A stretch of DNA of 37,659 bases from Burkholderiales bacterium (GTDB lineage Bacteria > Pseudomonadota > Gammaproteobacteria > Burkholderiales > SG8-39): NCBI GenBank assembly GCA_035251315.1, contig DATFEI010000008.1:1-37659 (forward strand). Reading direction: 5' to 3'. Made by a program: the position numbers and the translations under genes. Under the pieces are notes generated by a model. It saw nothing but the letters and a program-made list of their open reading frames with translations. It was not told where the DNA came from and ran no database searches. Numbering within the stretch: position 1 is the stretch's first letter; each line of letters starts with the position of its first letter. Of this stretch, positions 8,155 through 20,063 are shown in pieces.

Positions 8155-9453
8155 CTACGAAGCGCCTTCCTTGCCTGCCGAGCCGATCGAGAGGTCGGCA
8201 AGGCCGGAGCGGATCATGAACCAGAACAGCACCACGCCGGGCAGCGCGATCACGGTCGTAGCCAGATAGAAATTGACGTAGCCGATGGCATCGATCAGCG
8301 CTCCGGCGCTCGTGCCGGTGAGGAACCGGCCGGCGATGCTCGCGAGCGCCGACAGCAGGGCGTACTGCGTTGCAGTGAAGCGCAGGTTGCACAGCGCCGA
8401 CAGGTAAGCGACGACGGTGACCCCGCCGATGCCGCTCGCGAAATTCTCGAAACCGACTGCCGCGGCCATGCCGATGTTGGTGTGTCCTGCGGCCGCCAGA
8501 GCGGCGAAGCTCAGGTTCGACACTGCCATCAGAATCAGGCTGACGAGGACCGAACCCTTCATTCCCAGCCGCGCGTACAAGAGTCCGCCGACGAACACGC
8601 CGACGAGCAAGGCGGCGAAGCCGATGCCGACATCGTAGAAGGCAACCTCGTCGTTGGTAAAGCCGAGGTCCTGGAACAGCAGCCGCAGCGTGAGATTGGC
8701 GAGCGTGTCGCCGATCTTGTGGATGAGCACGAAGACGAGCACCACGACCGCGCCCTGACGCCTGAGGAACTCCAAGAGCGGGCTGAAGTACGCGACGAGC
8801 GCTTCCATGGCGCCGTGCGGCCTGGCGGGCTCGCGGTGGCGCGCCGGCTCTCCCATGACGACGCCGACCAGCATCGCCGGAAGAGCGAACGCCGCGCACG
8901 CGACGTAGGCCGCCGCCCACCCCAGACGGTGAGCGAGAACGAGCGCCAGTGCGCCGGCGGCGGCCGCGCCGATGCGCCAGCCGTATTGGGACATGCCCGA
9001 GCCCGCGCCGAGCTGTCGCGGCTCGAGCAGCTCGATGCGGTAGGCATCGATGATGATGTCGAAGGTCGCACCAGCCACGCCGACCAGGATGGCCGCGATC
9101 GCCACCATATAGAGCGCCTCTCGTGGATCGGCGACGCCGAGAAAAGCGACCGCCGCCACGACGAGTACGCCGACGAGCCATAGCCAGCTGCGCCGCTGTC
9201 CGAACCGGCCGATCAGGGGCAGGCGCACGTTGTCGACGATCGGCGCCCACAGGAACTTGAAGTTGTAGGCGAGAAAGGTGAGCGCGAAGGCCGTCACCGC
9301 GCTCCTCGTAATGCCGTGCTGGGCGAGGCGCGTGCTGAGCGTCGCGCCGATCATCGCGAACGTGAAGCCCGATGAAACCCCGAGGAAAAGCGCCGCGAGC
9401 GGCGCCGGCTCCAGGTACAGCCGCAGGCCCGCCGGCAGCCTGCTAAAGCTCAT
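8155..9453 (-). CDS. ampG: AmpG-family muropeptide MFS permease
   Basis: Multi-TM MFS protein with AmpG motifs (FLGVSSGFTFAMIGATLSTRL, YNFKFLWAPIVD, FGQRRSWL). I start at ATG 9453 (MSFSRLP...), which overlaps the xth 3' end by 11 nt. The ORF track extends to 9480. Confidence 0.88.
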   Translation of the reverse strand: MSFSRLPAGLRLYLEPAPLAALFLGVSSGFTFAMIGATLSTRLAQHGITRSAVTAFALTFLAYNFKFLWAPIVDNVRLPLIGRFGQRRSWLWLVGVLVVAAVAFLGVADPREALYMVAIAAILVGVAGATFDIIIDAYRIELLEPRQLGAGSGMSQYGWRIGAAAAGALALVLAHRLGWAAAYVACAAFALPAMLVGVVMGEPARHREPARPHGAMEALVAYFSPLLEFLRRQGAVVVLVFVLIHKIGDTLANLTLRLLFQDLGFTNDEVAFYDVGIGFAALLVGVFVGGLLYARLGMKGSVLVSLILMAVSNLSFAALAAAGHTNIGMAAAVGFENFASGIGGVTVVAYLSALCNLRFTATQYALLSALASIAGRFLTGTSAGALIDAIGYVNFYLATTVIALPGVVLFWFMIRSGLADLSIGSAGKEGAS

Positions 9454-10216
9454 GCTCGTAGTCGATGATGAGCGGCGCATGGTCGGAGAAGCGCTTCGCC
9501 TTGTAGATCGATTCCCTGCGCGCGAGCGCCGCGATGCCGGGCGTCGCGATCTGGTAGTCGATGCGCCAGCCCACGTTCTTCTTCCAGGCCTGGCCGCGGT
9601 TCGACCACCAGGTGTACTGGTCGGGCCGGTCGTTCAGCCTGCGGAACACGTCGACGAAGCCGAGCTCGTCGAACACGCGCGTGAGCCACGCGCGCTCCTC
9701 GGGCAGAAAGCCCGAATTCTTCTGGTTCGAGCGCCAGTTCTTGAGGTCGGCCTCCTTGTGCGCGATGTTCCAGTCGCCGCACAGGATGATTTCCTGGTTG
9801 CGCTGTCTCAACCGCTGCAGATGAACCAGGAAGTGCTTGAGAAAACGGAATTTCGACGCCTGCCGGTGCGGCCCGGCTGAGCCGGACGGCATGTACATGG
9901 AGACCACCCAGAGCTTCCCGAAGCGCGCCTCGACATAGCGGCCCTCGGCGTCGAACTCGCGGCTCGCGAAGCCGCGGCGCACCTCGTCCGGGGTCTTGCG
10001 GCTATAGAGCGAGACGCCGCTGTAGCCCTTCTTCCTCGCGAACGCATGGCAGGCCTGGTAGACCTTGAGGCCGTGCAGCCTCGCGTCGAGGTCGATCTCG
10101 TGGCACTTCATCTCCTGCAGGCACACCACGTCGGCGCGCTGGGCGGCAAGCCAGCGGAACAACCCTTTGCTTGCCGCCGAGCGGATTCCGTTGACGTTGA
10201 GAGTGACGATCCTCAA
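9443..10216 (-). CDS. xth: Exodeoxyribonuclease III
   Basis: The conserved product starts at [13 protein letters not shown] (compare E. coli XthA MKFVSFNINGLRA) and ends at [14 protein letters not shown] 10216 forms a TTGA overlap with the pyrE stop. The 140 upstream codons of the ORF-track entry are an Arg-rich shadow overlapping pyrE. Confidence 0.9.
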   Translation of the reverse strand: MRIVTLNVNGIRSAASKGLFRWLAAQRADVVCLQEMKCHEIDLDARLHGLKVYQACHAFARKKGYSGVSLYSRKTPDEVRRGFASREFDAEGRYVEARFGKLWVVSMYMPSGSAGPHRQASKFRFLKHFLVHLQRLRQRNQEIILCGDWNIAHKEADLKNWRSNQKNSGFLPEERAWLTRVFDELGFVDVFRRLNDRPDQYTWWSNRGQAWKKNVGWRIDYQIATPGIAALARRESIYKAKRFSDHAPLIIDYEHEL

Positions 10217-10905
10217 GTCGCAGCGGGAAAGGCGGAAACCCCGCCGTGCGCGGCGGACCACTGCTCCGGCGCGTGCAGGAAGCCTTCCACCTCGGCGAGC
10301 TGCTTCGACTCGAGGTAGGCGCCCTTCTTCACCACCTCGAGCACGTCCCACCACGTGGCGAGGTAGTGCAGCCGGACGTTCAGGTCGGCGAGGATCTTCT
10401 TCGACTCGGGAAAAATGTCGTAGTAGAAATTCACGAAGACGTGGTCCACGATGGCGCCCGCCGCGCGCAACGCCTGACAAAAATTGATCTTCGAGCGGCC
10501 GTCGGTGGTGAGATCCTCGACGAGGAGCGTGCGCGCGCCTTCGCGCACGTCGCCCTCGATTTGCGCGTTGCGGCCGAAGCCTTTCGGCTTCTTGCGCACG
10601 TACTGCATCGGCAGGCCGAGGCGCTCGGCGATCCACGCCGCGTAGGGAATGCCGGCGGTCTCGCCTCCCGCGACCACGTCGAACTGCTCAAAGCCGACGT
10701 CGCGCGCCAGCATGCCGGCCGCGAAGTCAACCAATTGACTGCGGATGCGCGGATAGAAGATGAGCTTGCGGCAGTCGATGTACACCGGGCTCGCCCAACC
10801 CGAAGTGAAAACGAACGGCTTGTCTGAGAAAAACAGCACAGCCTTGACCTCGAGCAGCATCTTGGCCGTGGTCTCGGCAACGAACGCCTTGTCGGCGAAG
10901 TGCAT
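10213..10905 (-). CDS. pyrE: Orotate phosphoribosyltransferase
   Basis: PRPP-binding motif [13 protein letters not shown], plus [16 protein letters not shown] and [13 protein letters not shown] start at ATG 10905 ([20 protein letters not shown]), which matches betaproteobacterial PyrE N-termini. Confidence 0.92.
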   Translation of the reverse strand: MHFADKAFVAETTAKMLLEVKAVLFFSDKPFVFTSGWASPVYIDCRKLIFYPRIRSQLVDFAAGMLARDVGFEQFDVVAGGETAGIPYAAWIAERLGLPMQYVRKKPKGFGRNAQIEGDVREGARTLLVEDLTTDGRSKINFCQALRAAGAIVDHVFVNFYYDIFPESKKILADLNVRLHYLATWWDVLEVVKKGAYLESKQLAEVEGFLHAPEQWSAAHGGVSAFPAAT

Positions 10906-10957
10906 GGGCGGCGCGGATTCTAGCAGGTAGAATGCCCGCCATTCGCGCATCGGGAGA

Positions 10958-11596
10958 GTGGCGATGACTCCAATAACAGCAATTTTCGCCGCAGCCGCGC
11001 TGCTGGCTTCGCCCGCCGCGCACGCTCAGCAGAAAGAGCAGTACACCTACCGCTGCACCGGCAAGGACGGGAAGAAATACTACGGTCAGACGATTCCGCA
11101 GAGCTGCCTTGGCCAGCCGCTGGAGCTCATCAACAAACAGGGAATCGTCGTGAAGCGCATCGACCCCGAGGGCGACGAAAAGGCGCGCCTCGCCAAGGAG
11201 GCCGAGGCCGAGAAGAAGCGCGAGCTCGAGGCGGCGCAAAAGGATTTGATGCGCCGCAACCGCGCGCTGCTCGCGACTTACACGAGCGAAAAGGACATCG
11301 AGGAGTCGCGCAAGCGCGATCTTGCGACCCACCAGCGCAGCGTCCAGGAGGTGGAGAGTCGCATCGCGGAGATCAAGAAGCGCCAGGCGCAGCACCAGAA
11401 GGAGCTCGCCGCGTTCGAGGAGCCCGGCAAGGGACCGCCGCCCGCGCGCCTGAAGGAAGAGATCACCAACGCCGAGATCGACCTGAAAGCGCAGCAAAGT
11501 CTGCTCGACGCGAAGAAGAAAGAGGCGGTCACGATCAACGCGCGCTACGACGAGGATCGACGCCGCTACCGCGAGGCGATCGGCAAGCCGCGCTAG
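10958..11596 (+). CDS. Secreted DUF4124-like coiled-coil protein
   Basis: 212 aa with a signal peptide ([13 protein letters not shown]). The short N-terminal [17 protein letters not shown] module resembles DUF4124. The rest is a Lys/Glu/Arg-rich predicted coiled coil. The start is GTG 10958 or ATG 10964. Confidence 0.65.
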   Translation: MAMTPITAIFAAAALLASPAAHAQQKEQYTYRCTGKDGKKYYGQTIPQSCLGQPLELINKQGIVVKRIDPEGDEKARLAKEAEAEKKRELEAAQKDLMRRNRALLATYTSEKDIEESRKRDLATHQRSVQEVESRIAEIKKRQAQHQKELAAFEEPGKGPPPARLKEEITNAEIDLKAQQSLLDAKKKEAVTINARYDEDRRRYREAIGKPR

Positions 11597-13023
11597 CTTT
11601 TCAGCTTTTTCCGCAGAATCTCGTTGACCTGGGCGGGGTTCGCCTTGCCCTGGGTCGCCTTCATCACCTGTCCGACGAGCGAGTTGAAGGCCTTCTCCTT
11701 GCCGGCACGGTAGTCCTCGACCTGCTTGGCATTTTTCGCCAGCACCTCGTCCACCAGCTTCTCGATCGCCCCGGCGTCGCTGATCTGGCGTAGGCCGCGC
11801 TGGTCGATCAGCTCGTCGATCGAGCGTCTTTCACCTTGAACTTTCGCTTTTAGAAGGTCCTTCGAGATCCTTCCCGATATCGTGCCGTCTGCGACCCTAG
11901 TCTGTATCAGCGCGACATCCTGGGGCCCGACCGGACTATCCGAAAATGGTCGACCTTGCTCATGCAAATATGCGGCCAAGTCACCCACGATCGCATTCGC
12001 CGTAGACTCGTAGAGCGAGGGAAAAGCGATTACATCCGCGGCAGCTATGCTTTGCTCGAAAAACTCGGCACGATCGCGACTGGCGACGAGCAGATCGGCC
12101 GCCTGCGCCGGAACACCTTTCTCGACGTAGCGCGCACGCTTCGCCTCTGGCAGCTCGGGCAGCGAGCGGCGCAGATCCGCGATCATCTTCTCTTCAATAA
12201 CCAGGGGTAGCAGGTCCGGGTCCGGGAAGTAACGGTAATCGTGCGCCTCTTCCTTGGTGCGCATCGAGCGCGTCTCGTCGCGCTCGGGGTCGTAGAGCCG
12301 GGTCTCCTGCTCCACCGTACCCCCGGCTTCCAAAATCTTGGCCTGGCGCCGCGCCTCGAATTCGATCGCGTGCTCCATGAAGCGGAACGAATTGAGATTC
12401 TTGATCTCGCAGCGCGTTCCTAGCACCTCGCCCGGACGACGCACGGAAACATTGGCGTCGCACCTGAACGAGCCTTCCTGCATGTTGCCGTCGCAGATGC
12501 CGATCCAGGTCACTAGTCGATGCAGGGCGCGCGCGTAGGCGACGGCTTCCTGCGCGCCGCGCAAGTCAGGCTCGGATACGATCTCCAGCAGCGGCGTCCC
12601 GGCGCGGTTGAGGTCGATGCCGGTCATGCCGTGAAACACCTCGTGCAGCGACTTCCCCGCGTCCTCCTCGAGGTGGGCGCGGGTGATTGTTATCTTCCTC
12701 GGAATCTCGATGTATCCGCCCTGAACGATTGGCACTTGGTACTGGCTGATCTGGTAGCCCTTGGGCAGATCGGGGTAGAAGTAGTTCTTGCGTTCGAAGA
12801 TCGAGCGACGGTTGATGGTTCCTTTCACCGCGAGCCCGAAACGGATCGCGTGCTCGACTGCAGCCCGGTTGAGGACCGGCAGCACCCCGGGAAGCGCGAT
12901 ATCGACCGCGGAAGCCTGCGCGTTCGGCGGCGCGCCGAACGCGGTCGGCGCGCCCGAGAAGATCTTGCTCCGGGTGAGAAGCTGCACGTGCGTCTCGATG
13001 CCGACAACGATCTCCCAGCTCAC
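11593..13023 (-). CDS. gatB: Asp-tRNA(Asn)/Glu-tRNA(Gln) amidotransferase subunit B
   Basis: 476 aa with a GTG start. Motifs: [44 protein letters not shown], and the C-terminal GatB/YqeY domain ([14 protein letters not shown]). Confidence 0.95.
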   Translation of the reverse strand: MSWEIVVGIETHVQLLTRSKIFSGAPTAFGAPPNAQASAVDIALPGVLPVLNRAAVEHAIRFGLAVKGTINRRSIFERKNYFYPDLPKGYQISQYQVPIVQGGYIEIPRKITITRAHLEEDAGKSLHEVFHGMTGIDLNRAGTPLLEIVSEPDLRGAQEAVAYARALHRLVTWIGICDGNMQEGSFRCDANVSVRRPGEVLGTRCEIKNLNSFRFMEHAIEFEARRQAKILEAGGTVEQETRLYDPERDETRSMRTKEEAHDYRYFPDPDLLPLVIEEKMIADLRRSLPELPEAKRARYVEKGVPAQAADLLVASRDRAEFFEQSIAAADVIAFPSLYESTANAIVGDLAAYLHEQGRPFSDSPVGPQDVALIQTRVADGTISGRISKDLLKAKVQGERRSIDELIDQRGLRQISDAGAIEKLVDEVLAKNAKQVEDYRAGKEKAFNSLVGQVMKATQGKANPAQVNEILRKKLKS

Positions 13024-13027
13024 TGGG

Positions 13028-13756
13028 TCACCTCGCGCCCAGGCGCAGCAGCTCGCAGTTGCCCCGGCGGTCGACGAGCAGCGGCTCGAGATGCGCCTCG
13101 GCGCCGCAGTGCGCGGAGCAATTCTCGGCGCTCAGCGCGATGAGCTCGCCCGTGTCGCGCAGCGTCAAGCGACAACCGTTGGACACGAAGCGCAGGCCGC
13201 CCCGCAGCGGCTGCTGTCCGGAAGCGACCACTTTGCAGGTTTGCCCCCCCGGCTCGACCGCGCGCCAGTCGAGGCTCTTCAGCTTCCCTCGTTCCACCGA
13301 AAGTGAGAGCTGGGCTTGATAGCGGCCCTCTTTCGCCTCGCAGCGCACGTTGGTGCTGTAGCTGTCCATCGCGGGAAACTCTTCGCTGAACTCGAACTGC
13401 TCCCGCTTCTGTCCGCCAGGCCCATAGCGTGTGCCCTTGAAAACGCCGTCGCGCCAGGTGCCGCGCAGCTCGGCGATCGGCGGCCGGCCGAAGAGGATAG
13501 GCGTGGTGCCTTCCTTCAGGACCGTGACGCCAAGCTCCGGGCTGCTTTCGCCCTCGACGAAGCGCCGCGCCAGCGTGGCGAGCACCACGTACTCGCCGGC
13601 CACCTGCCACGAGCCGTCGGCGCGCCGCCCCGCGTGAAGGGTGAGGAGCGCGGTCCTGGTGCCGACTTTGCCGATGAGCTCGTGTCTTTCGGCCTTGTTC
13701 TGGGGAAGGGCAGCCCACGAAACGGCGAGCAAAGCGATCCCAAAGATGAGCCTCAC
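13028..13756 (-). CDS. Hypothetical exported Cys-rich protein embedded in the gatCAB operon
   Basis: 242 aa. GTG 13756 overlaps the gatA TGA (GTGA), and the stop lies 4 nt before the gatB GTG. It has a signal-peptide-like N-terminus ([15 protein letters not shown]) and six Cys in the last ~100 aa. I recognise no family. Third-codon positions are GC-rich like the neighbours (by eye). Confidence 0.6.
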   Translation of the reverse strand: MRLIFGIALLAVSWAALPQNKAERHELIGKVGTRTALLTLHAGRRADGSWQVAGEYVVLATLARRFVEGESSPELGVTVLKEGTTPILFGRPPIAELRGTWRDGVFKGTRYGPGGQKREQFEFSEEFPAMDSYSTNVRCEAKEGRYQAQLSLSVERGKLKSLDWRAVEPGGQTCKVVASGQQPLRGGLRFVSNGCRLTLRDTGELIALSAENCSAHCGAEAHLEPLLVDRRGNCELLRLGAR

Positions 13757-15219
13757 AACGGCGTCTCCGTCGGTACGCGCAAATGCCAGTCGGTCGCCTG
13801 CTGGTAACGGTGCGCGACGCGGAGCAAGAGCCCTTCGGAAAAATGCCGCCCCATGAGCTGCAGGCCGACCGGCAGCCCAGCAACATCGAAGCCGCAGGGA
13901 ATCGACACCGCTGGGAGCCCTGCGAGCGGCGCCGGAATAGTGAAGATATCGCCGAGGTACATCTGCACCGGGTCCTCTGCGTTCGCGCCAATTTCGAATG
14001 CAGTGGTCGGCGCTGTTGGACCAAGGATCACGTCGCAGCGCTCAAATGCTTTAGAAAAGTCCTGAGCGATGAGACGGCGCACCTTCTGCGCCTGCAAGTA
14101 GTAGGCGTCGTAATAGCCGTGCGACAGCACGTATGTGCCCACCAGGATGCGGCGCTTCACTTCGTCGCCAAAGCCTTCGGCGCGCGTGCGGCAATACATA
14201 TCGGCCAGGTCCGCGTGCTCGTGCGCTCGGTGGCCATAGCGCACGCCGTCGAAGCGCGACAGGTTAGACGACGCTTCGGCCGGCGCGATGACGTAGTATG
14301 CCGGCACGGCAAGCCGGGTCAGCGGCAATTGCAGCTCGACACGAACCCCTCCCTGGGAGATGAACCACGAGACGGCTTGCTCGACGGCCACGCGCACGCC
14401 CGGCTCGAGGCCTTCGGCGAAATACTCGCGCGGGATGCCGATACGCAGGCCTTTCAGGTCCGCCTCCAATGCCCTTGTGTAATCTTCTTTCGGCCGATCG
14501 ACGCTGGTCGAGTCCCGAGCGTCGAAGCCGGCCATCACGTTGAGGAGCAGGGCGAGATCCGCGGCGCTGCGCGCGAGGGGTCCGGCCTGGTCGAGGGACG
14601 AGGCGAATGCCACCAGGCCGTAGCGCGAGACCAGCCCATAGGTCGGCCGCAGGCCGCAGATGCCGCTGAACGCTGCAGGCTGACGGGTCGAGCCGCCGGT
14701 ATCGGTCCCGGTCGCTGCGGGCGCCATGCGCGCCGCGACGGCCGCCGCCGAGCCTCCGGAGGAGCCGCCCGGTACGCGGTTTCTCGCCCATGGATTGCGT
14801 ACCGGGCCGAAATAGGAGCTTTCGTTCGACGAGCCCATGGCGAACTGGTCCATGTTGCATTTGCCCAGCAGCACCGCCCCGGCGCGGCCGAACTGCTCAA
14901 CCACGTGCGCGTCGTACGGGCTCACGAAATTCTCCAGCATCCTCGAGCCGCAGGTCGTATGGACGCCTTTGGTGCAAAAAATGTCCTTGAACGCGATTGG
15001 GATGCCGGTGAGCAGCCCGGCATCTCCGGTGGCGCGGCGATCATCGGCGGCACGGGCCCGAGCGAGGGCGACATCGCGCGTTTTCTCCGGCCAGATGAAC
15101 GCATTCAACTCGCCATTGAGCTTCGCGATGCGGTCGAGGAACAGGCCGGTCAACTCGACTGAGGAAATATTTCTCGCCGCCAAGAAGGCGGAGAGTTCGG
15201 TGAGGCTCGAATTAAGCAC
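13753..15219 (-). CDS. gatA: Asp-tRNA(Asn)/Glu-tRNA(Gln) amidotransferase subunit A
   Basis: 488 aa with a GTG start. Amidase signature [13 protein letters not shown]...[25 protein letters not shown]. Confidence 0.95.
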   Translation of the reverse strand: MLNSSLTELSAFLAARNISSVELTGLFLDRIAKLNGELNAFIWPEKTRDVALARARAADDRRATGDAGLLTGIPIAFKDIFCTKGVHTTCGSRMLENFVSPYDAHVVEQFGRAGAVLLGKCNMDQFAMGSSNESSYFGPVRNPWARNRVPGGSSGGSAAAVAARMAPAATGTDTGGSTRQPAAFSGICGLRPTYGLVSRYGLVAFASSLDQAGPLARSAADLALLLNVMAGFDARDSTSVDRPKEDYTRALEADLKGLRIGIPREYFAEGLEPGVRVAVEQAVSWFISQGGVRVELQLPLTRLAVPAYYVIAPAEASSNLSRFDGVRYGHRAHEHADLADMYCRTRAEGFGDEVKRRILVGTYVLSHGYYDAYYLQAQKVRRLIAQDFSKAFERCDVILGPTAPTTAFEIGANAEDPVQMYLGDIFTIPAPLAGLPAVSIPCGFDVAGLPVGLQLMGRHFSEGLLLRVAHRYQQATDWHLRVPTETPL

Positions 15220-15235
15220 TACGCCTACTCGGCTT

Positions 15236-15523
15236 TCACTCTATAACCTTGGGGACGAGGTAAAGGCCCCCTTCCACCGCCGGGGCGGCCGACTGGTACA
15301 ACTCGCGCCGATCCGATTCGATGACGGTGTCCGGGCGAAGACGCTGGGTCGCGTCCAGGGGGTGCGCCATGGGCTCGATGCCGGCAGTGTCGACCCGGCG
15401 CATCTCGTCCACCAGGCCGAGCACCCGGTTCAGCCGGTCGAGCACCGGGTCGAACTCCTCGGCGCGGATGGCGATGCGGGCGAGCCGGGCGAGGCGCCGC
15501 ACCTGGTCGTCGGATAGCGACAT
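15236..15523 (-). CDS. gatC: Asp-tRNA(Asn)/Glu-tRNA(Gln) amidotransferase subunit C
   Basis: 95 aa. Typical GatC sequence (LARLARIAI...EEF...[21 protein letters not shown]) located upstream of gatA. Confidence 0.9.
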   Translation of the reverse strand: MSLSDDQVRRLARLARIAIRAEEFDPVLDRLNRVLGLVDEMRRVDTAGIEPMAHPLDATQRLRPDTVIESDRRELYQSAAPAVEGGLYLVPKVIE

Positions 15524-15635
15524 TCTTTTCGGACTGGGAAGCCGGGGAGCATTGCCTTATCTCCCACAGCGTCGTTAGCGTATCATAGCGAGCCATTGAA
15601 ACGGGCTTGAGGTAGGACGCCTAAGGCCCGGATAG

Positions 15636-16724
<1,089 letters not shown>

Positions 16725-16736
16725 GTGTAAAGGGGG

Positions 16737-17657
16737 ATGGACCACACCCCCCCGCCCTTCTTCAAGCGCGGACCGGCGCCGCTCGTCAGGCTGTTCTTCT
16801 TCGCTTCGCTTTCGCTTGCGCTGCTGGTGATCGACGCACGCTTTCGCTACGCCGACGGGCTGCGCACGTGGCTCGCGCTCGGGGCCTATCCGCTGCAACG
16901 CGCCGCCACCGCGCCGCTCGAGCTCGCGAACGCGGTCGGCGCTTTCTTTTCGACTCAGGCGCAGCTTGTCGCGGAGAACGAGCGCCTGCGCGCCAAGGCG
17001 CTCGCCTACTCGCAGGACGCGCAGCGCTACGAGGCGGCGCAGGCCGAAGCCGAGCAGCTGCGCAGGCTCGCCGGCGCGCAGCAGCGCCTGCCGGTGCAGG
17101 TCATTACCGCAGAGGTGATGTACAACGGACGTGACCCGTACGCGCATAAGCTGTTCATCGACCGCGGTGCGGCGCACGGCGTGCGTCCCGGCAGCCCGGT
17201 GACCGACGAATCGGGCGTCGTTGGCCAGGTGACACGGGTTCATGCTCTCGTCTCGGAGGTCACGCTCGCCACCGGCCGCGACCAGGCTATCCCGGTGCAG
17301 GTGGTGAGGAACGGACTGCGGGCGGTGGCGTTCGGTGGCGGCGCTTCGGGATTGCTCGAGCTGCGCTTCATGGCGGCGAACGCCGATATCCAGACCAACG
17401 ACCGCCTGGTCACCTCGGGTATCGATGGCACCTACCCGGCCGGCCTACCGGTCGCCACGGTGGTGCGCATCGAGCGCGACGCGGAGAACGCTTTCGCCCG
17501 CGTGATGTGTCGGCCCGCGGCCGGCGTCGACCGTGGGCGCTTCGTGCTCGTGCTCTCCGATGAGACAGTCAAGCCGCCGCGTCCCGAAGAGACGGAGACA
17601 ACAAAGGAGCGCACGCGCCGCGGGCGGGTGAGGGACAGCAATGGATCTGTCAGGTAG
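16737..17657 (+). CDS. mreC: Rod shape-determining protein MreC
   Basis: 306 aa with an N-terminal TM, a coiled-coil region (LVAENERLRAK) and beta-barrel domains (GSPVTDESGVVGQVTRV). It sits between mreB and mreD. Confidence 0.88.
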   Translation: MDHTPPPFFKRGPAPLVRLFFFASLSLALLVIDARFRYADGLRTWLALGAYPLQRAATAPLELANAVGAFFSTQAQLVAENERLRAKALAYSQDAQRYEAAQAEAEQLRRLAGAQQRLPVQVITAEVMYNGRDPYAHKLFIDRGAAHGVRPGSPVTDESGVVGQVTRVHALVSEVTLATGRDQAIPVQVVRNGLRAVAFGGGASGLLELRFMAANADIQTNDRLVTSGIDGTYPAGLPVATVVRIERDAENAFARVMCRPAAGVDRGRFVLVLSDETVKPPRPEETETTKERTRRGRVRDSNGSVR

Positions 17658-18150
17658 TCGTCAGATCCTTCAGCCAGTTCGGCTGAGCACCATCGTCGTC
17701 TCGTTCGCGTTGGCGCTCTTTCTCAACTTCCTGCCGTGGCGCGACCTGCGCTTGGTGCCGGACTTCGTCGCGCTCACGTTGGTTTTCTGGTGCGTGCGCC
17801 AGCCGCGTCTCGTCGGCCTGGGAGTCGGTTGGACGCTCGGGCTCATCACTGACGCGGGTAACGGCGTGCTGCTGGGGCAGCATGCGCTCGCATACTCGCT
17901 GCTCGCGTTTCTGGGCATCTGGCTGTCGCGCCGCATTCTGTGGTTCGGTCCGGCGTTGCAGGCGCTCCACGTGGGCGCGATCCTGCTTGTAGGCCAGGGC
18001 GCGGCCCTCCTCGTGCGCCTCGCCGCTGGCGACGATTTTCCGGGCTGGCAGGTCTTCGTCAGCCCGCTCGCCGGGGCGCTCCTCTGGCCGCCGACGAGTT
18101 GGCTGCTCCTGCTTCCTCAGCGCCGCCCCGCGAAAGAGCAGACCATATGA
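17641..18150 (+). CDS. mreD: Rod shape-determining protein MreD
   Basis: 169-aa polytopic membrane protein in the canonical mreBCD position. It overlaps the mreC 3' end by 17 nt. Confidence 0.8.
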   Translation: MDLSGSRQILQPVRLSTIVVSFALALFLNFLPWRDLRLVPDFVALTLVFWCVRQPRLVGLGVGWTLGLITDAGNGVLLGQHALAYSLLAFLGIWLSRRILWFGPALQALHVGAILLVGQGAALLVRLAAGDDFPGWQVFVSPLAGALLWPPTSWLLLLPQRRPAKEQTI

Positions 18151-20063
18151 TCAGCGCCGCGGAGCTGCGCAATTCCGAGCGCGAACTGCAGCAGTTCCAG
18201 TTGCGCATCGGCATCGCCGGCGTGGCGATGCTCGTTGCGTTCGGCATCCTGCTCGCGCGCTTCTTCTTCCTGCAGGTAGTGCAGCACGACCACTACCGGG
18301 CGAAAGCCGAGGACAACCGCATCTCCATCGTTCCGATCGCGCCCAACCGCGGGCTGATCATCGACCGCAACGGCGTTGTCGTGGCGCGCAACTATTCCGG
18401 CTACACGCTCGAGATCTTTCCGCGCCGCGTGAGGAGCGTTGAAGAAACCATCGACCAGCTGTCGGAGCTCATCGAAATCACGCCGCGGGACCGGGCGCGC
18501 TTCAAGCGGCTCGCGGTGGAAACGCGCAATCCCGAGAGCCTGCCGATCCGCACGCGGTTGAGCGACGAGGAGGTGGCCAAGTTCGCCGCCAACCGCTTCC
18601 GCTACGAAGGCGTCGAAATCAAGGCGCGGCTGTTCCGCCAGTACCCGTTCGGCGACGTCGGCTCGCATGTCATCGGCTACATGGGGCGCATCAACCAGGC
18701 CGACCAAGCGGCCCTCGAGCAGGAGGGCGTCGACGCCAACTACCGTGGCACCGATTACATCGGCAAGAGCGGGGTCGAGGCGGCCTACGAGCGCGAGCTG
18801 CACGGCACCACTGGCTTCGAGCAGGTGGAGATCGACGCTGGTGGCCGCGGAATCCGCACGCTTTCGCACACGCCCGCCGTGTCCGGCCACAACGTCGTGC
18901 TCACGCTCGATATGCAGCTGCAGCGCGTTGCCGAGAACGCCTTCGGGAGCCGCCGCGGGGCGCTGGTGGCGCTCGAGCCAGGCACCGGGGCAGTCCTCGC
19001 CCTGGTGTCCAAGCCGGGATTCGACCTTAACCTCTTCGTCGACGGTATCGACCCGCAAGCCTGGACCGACCTCAACAATTCACCGGACCGACCGCTCAAC
19101 AACCGCGCCATCGCAGGGGTATACCCGCCGGGCTCTACGTTCAAGCCTTTCATGGCACTTGCCGCGCTCGAGCTCGGCAAGCGTCGGCCGTCCAGCACCA
19201 TCCACGACCCGGGCTACTTCGTATTTGGCGACCGGCGTTTCCGCGACTCCAAGCCGGGCGGGCACGGGGTGGTCGACCTCTACAAGTCGATCGTCGTGTC
19301 CTCGGACACGTATTACTACATGCTCGCGAACGACATGGGCATCGACGCCATCGCCGGGTTCATGAAGCGGCTAGGGCTCGGCAGCCCGACCGGCATCGAC
19401 CTCCAGGGAGAAGCCGCGGGGGTGCTGCCCTCGCCGGAATGGAAGACGAAGCGCTTCCGCCGCCCCGAGCAGCAGCGCTGGTACCCGGGCGAGACGATCT
19501 CCATCGGCATCGGCCAGGGGTACAACGCCTACACGCCGATCCAGCTCGCGCAGGCGATGGCGACGCTCGCCGCGAACGGGGGGATGTACCGGCCGCGCGT
19601 AGTCGGCCATATCGAGAACCCGCGCACTCGCGAGCGGCGCAGCTTCGAGCCCGAGCTCACTTCGCAGGTACCGCTCAAGCGCGAGTGGGTCGATTTCGTC
19701 AAGCGCGCCATGGGGGGGGTCAACAAGGAAGGCACCGGCGCGCGCGCGTTCGCCAAGGCCGAGTACACGAGCGGCGGCAAGACTGGAACCGCGCAGGTCA
19801 TCGGCATGAAGCAGAATGAGAAGTACGACGAGGCCAAGGTCGCCGAGCGCCACCGCGACCATTCGCTGTTCATCTCGTTCGCGCCGCTCGAGAAGCCGAT
19901 CATCGCGCTCGCCGTGATCGTCGAGAACGGCGGCTTCGGCGCCCGCGCGGCGGCACCGGTGTCGCGCACGGTGCTCGACTACTACCTCGTCGGCAAGCTG
20001 CCCCCGGGGCTGCAGGAGCCGACACCCGAGGACGAGTTCGACGACGGCAAAGAAAGCGACTGA
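18147..20063 (+). CDS. mrdA: Penicillin-binding protein 2 (elongasome D,D-transpeptidase)
   Basis: I start at ATG 18147 (MISAAELRNSERELQQFQLR), an ATGA overlap with mreD. The ORF-track extension to 17940 is a shadow over mreD. Motifs: STFKP (SxxK), SSD and KTGTA. Confidence 0.93.
   Translation: MISAAELRNSERELQQFQLRIGIAGVAMLVAFGILLARFFFLQVVQHDHYRAKAEDNRISIVPIAPNRGLIIDRNGVVVARNYSGYTLEIFPRRVRSVEETIDQLSELIEITPRDRARFKRLAVETRNPESLPIRTRLSDEEVAKFAANRFRYEGVEIKARLFRQYPFGDVGSHVIGYMGRINQADQAALEQEGVDANYRGTDYIGKSGVEAAYERELHGTTGFEQVEIDAGGRGIRTLSHTPAVSGHNVVLTLDMQLQRVAENAFGSRRGALVALEPGTGAVLALVSKPGFDLNLFVDGIDPQAWTDLNNSPDRPLNNRAIAGVYPPGSTFKPFMALAALELGKRRPSSTIHDPGYFVFGDRRFRDSKPGGHGVVDLYKSIVVSSDTYYYMLANDMGIDAIAGFMKRLGLGSPTGIDLQGEAAGVLPSPEWKTKRFRRPEQQRWYPGETISIGIGQGYNAYTPIQLAQAMATLAANGGMYRPRVVGHIENPRTRERRSFEPELTSQVPLKREWVDFVKRAMGGVNKEGTGARAFAKAEYTSGGKTGTAQVIGMKQNEKYDEAKVAERHRDHSLFISFAPLEKPIIALAVIVENGGFGARAAAPVSRTVLDYYLVGKLPPGLQEPTPEDEFDDGKESD

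Noticed and set aside
7406-9250. 614-aa minus-strand ORF spanning metW (antisense) and part of ampG (alternative frame).
   Set aside because: It has the same shadow-ORF composition (RRRGRG-type runs). The ampG frame 8155..9453 carries the MFS/AmpG motifs, and metW explains the plus strand.
9443-10636. Long N-terminal extensions in the ORF track. Examples are xth to 10636, mrdA from 17940, proC to 26467, yggS to 26847, DUF72 from 30857, hemJ to 33654, the ABC genes to 34462/35403, and the hydrolase to 35888.
   Set aside because: The extensions overlap the upstream gene in another frame and are Arg-rich. Family N-termini begin at internal ATG/GTG/TTG codons that form ATGA/GTGA/TTGA overlaps with the upstream stop.
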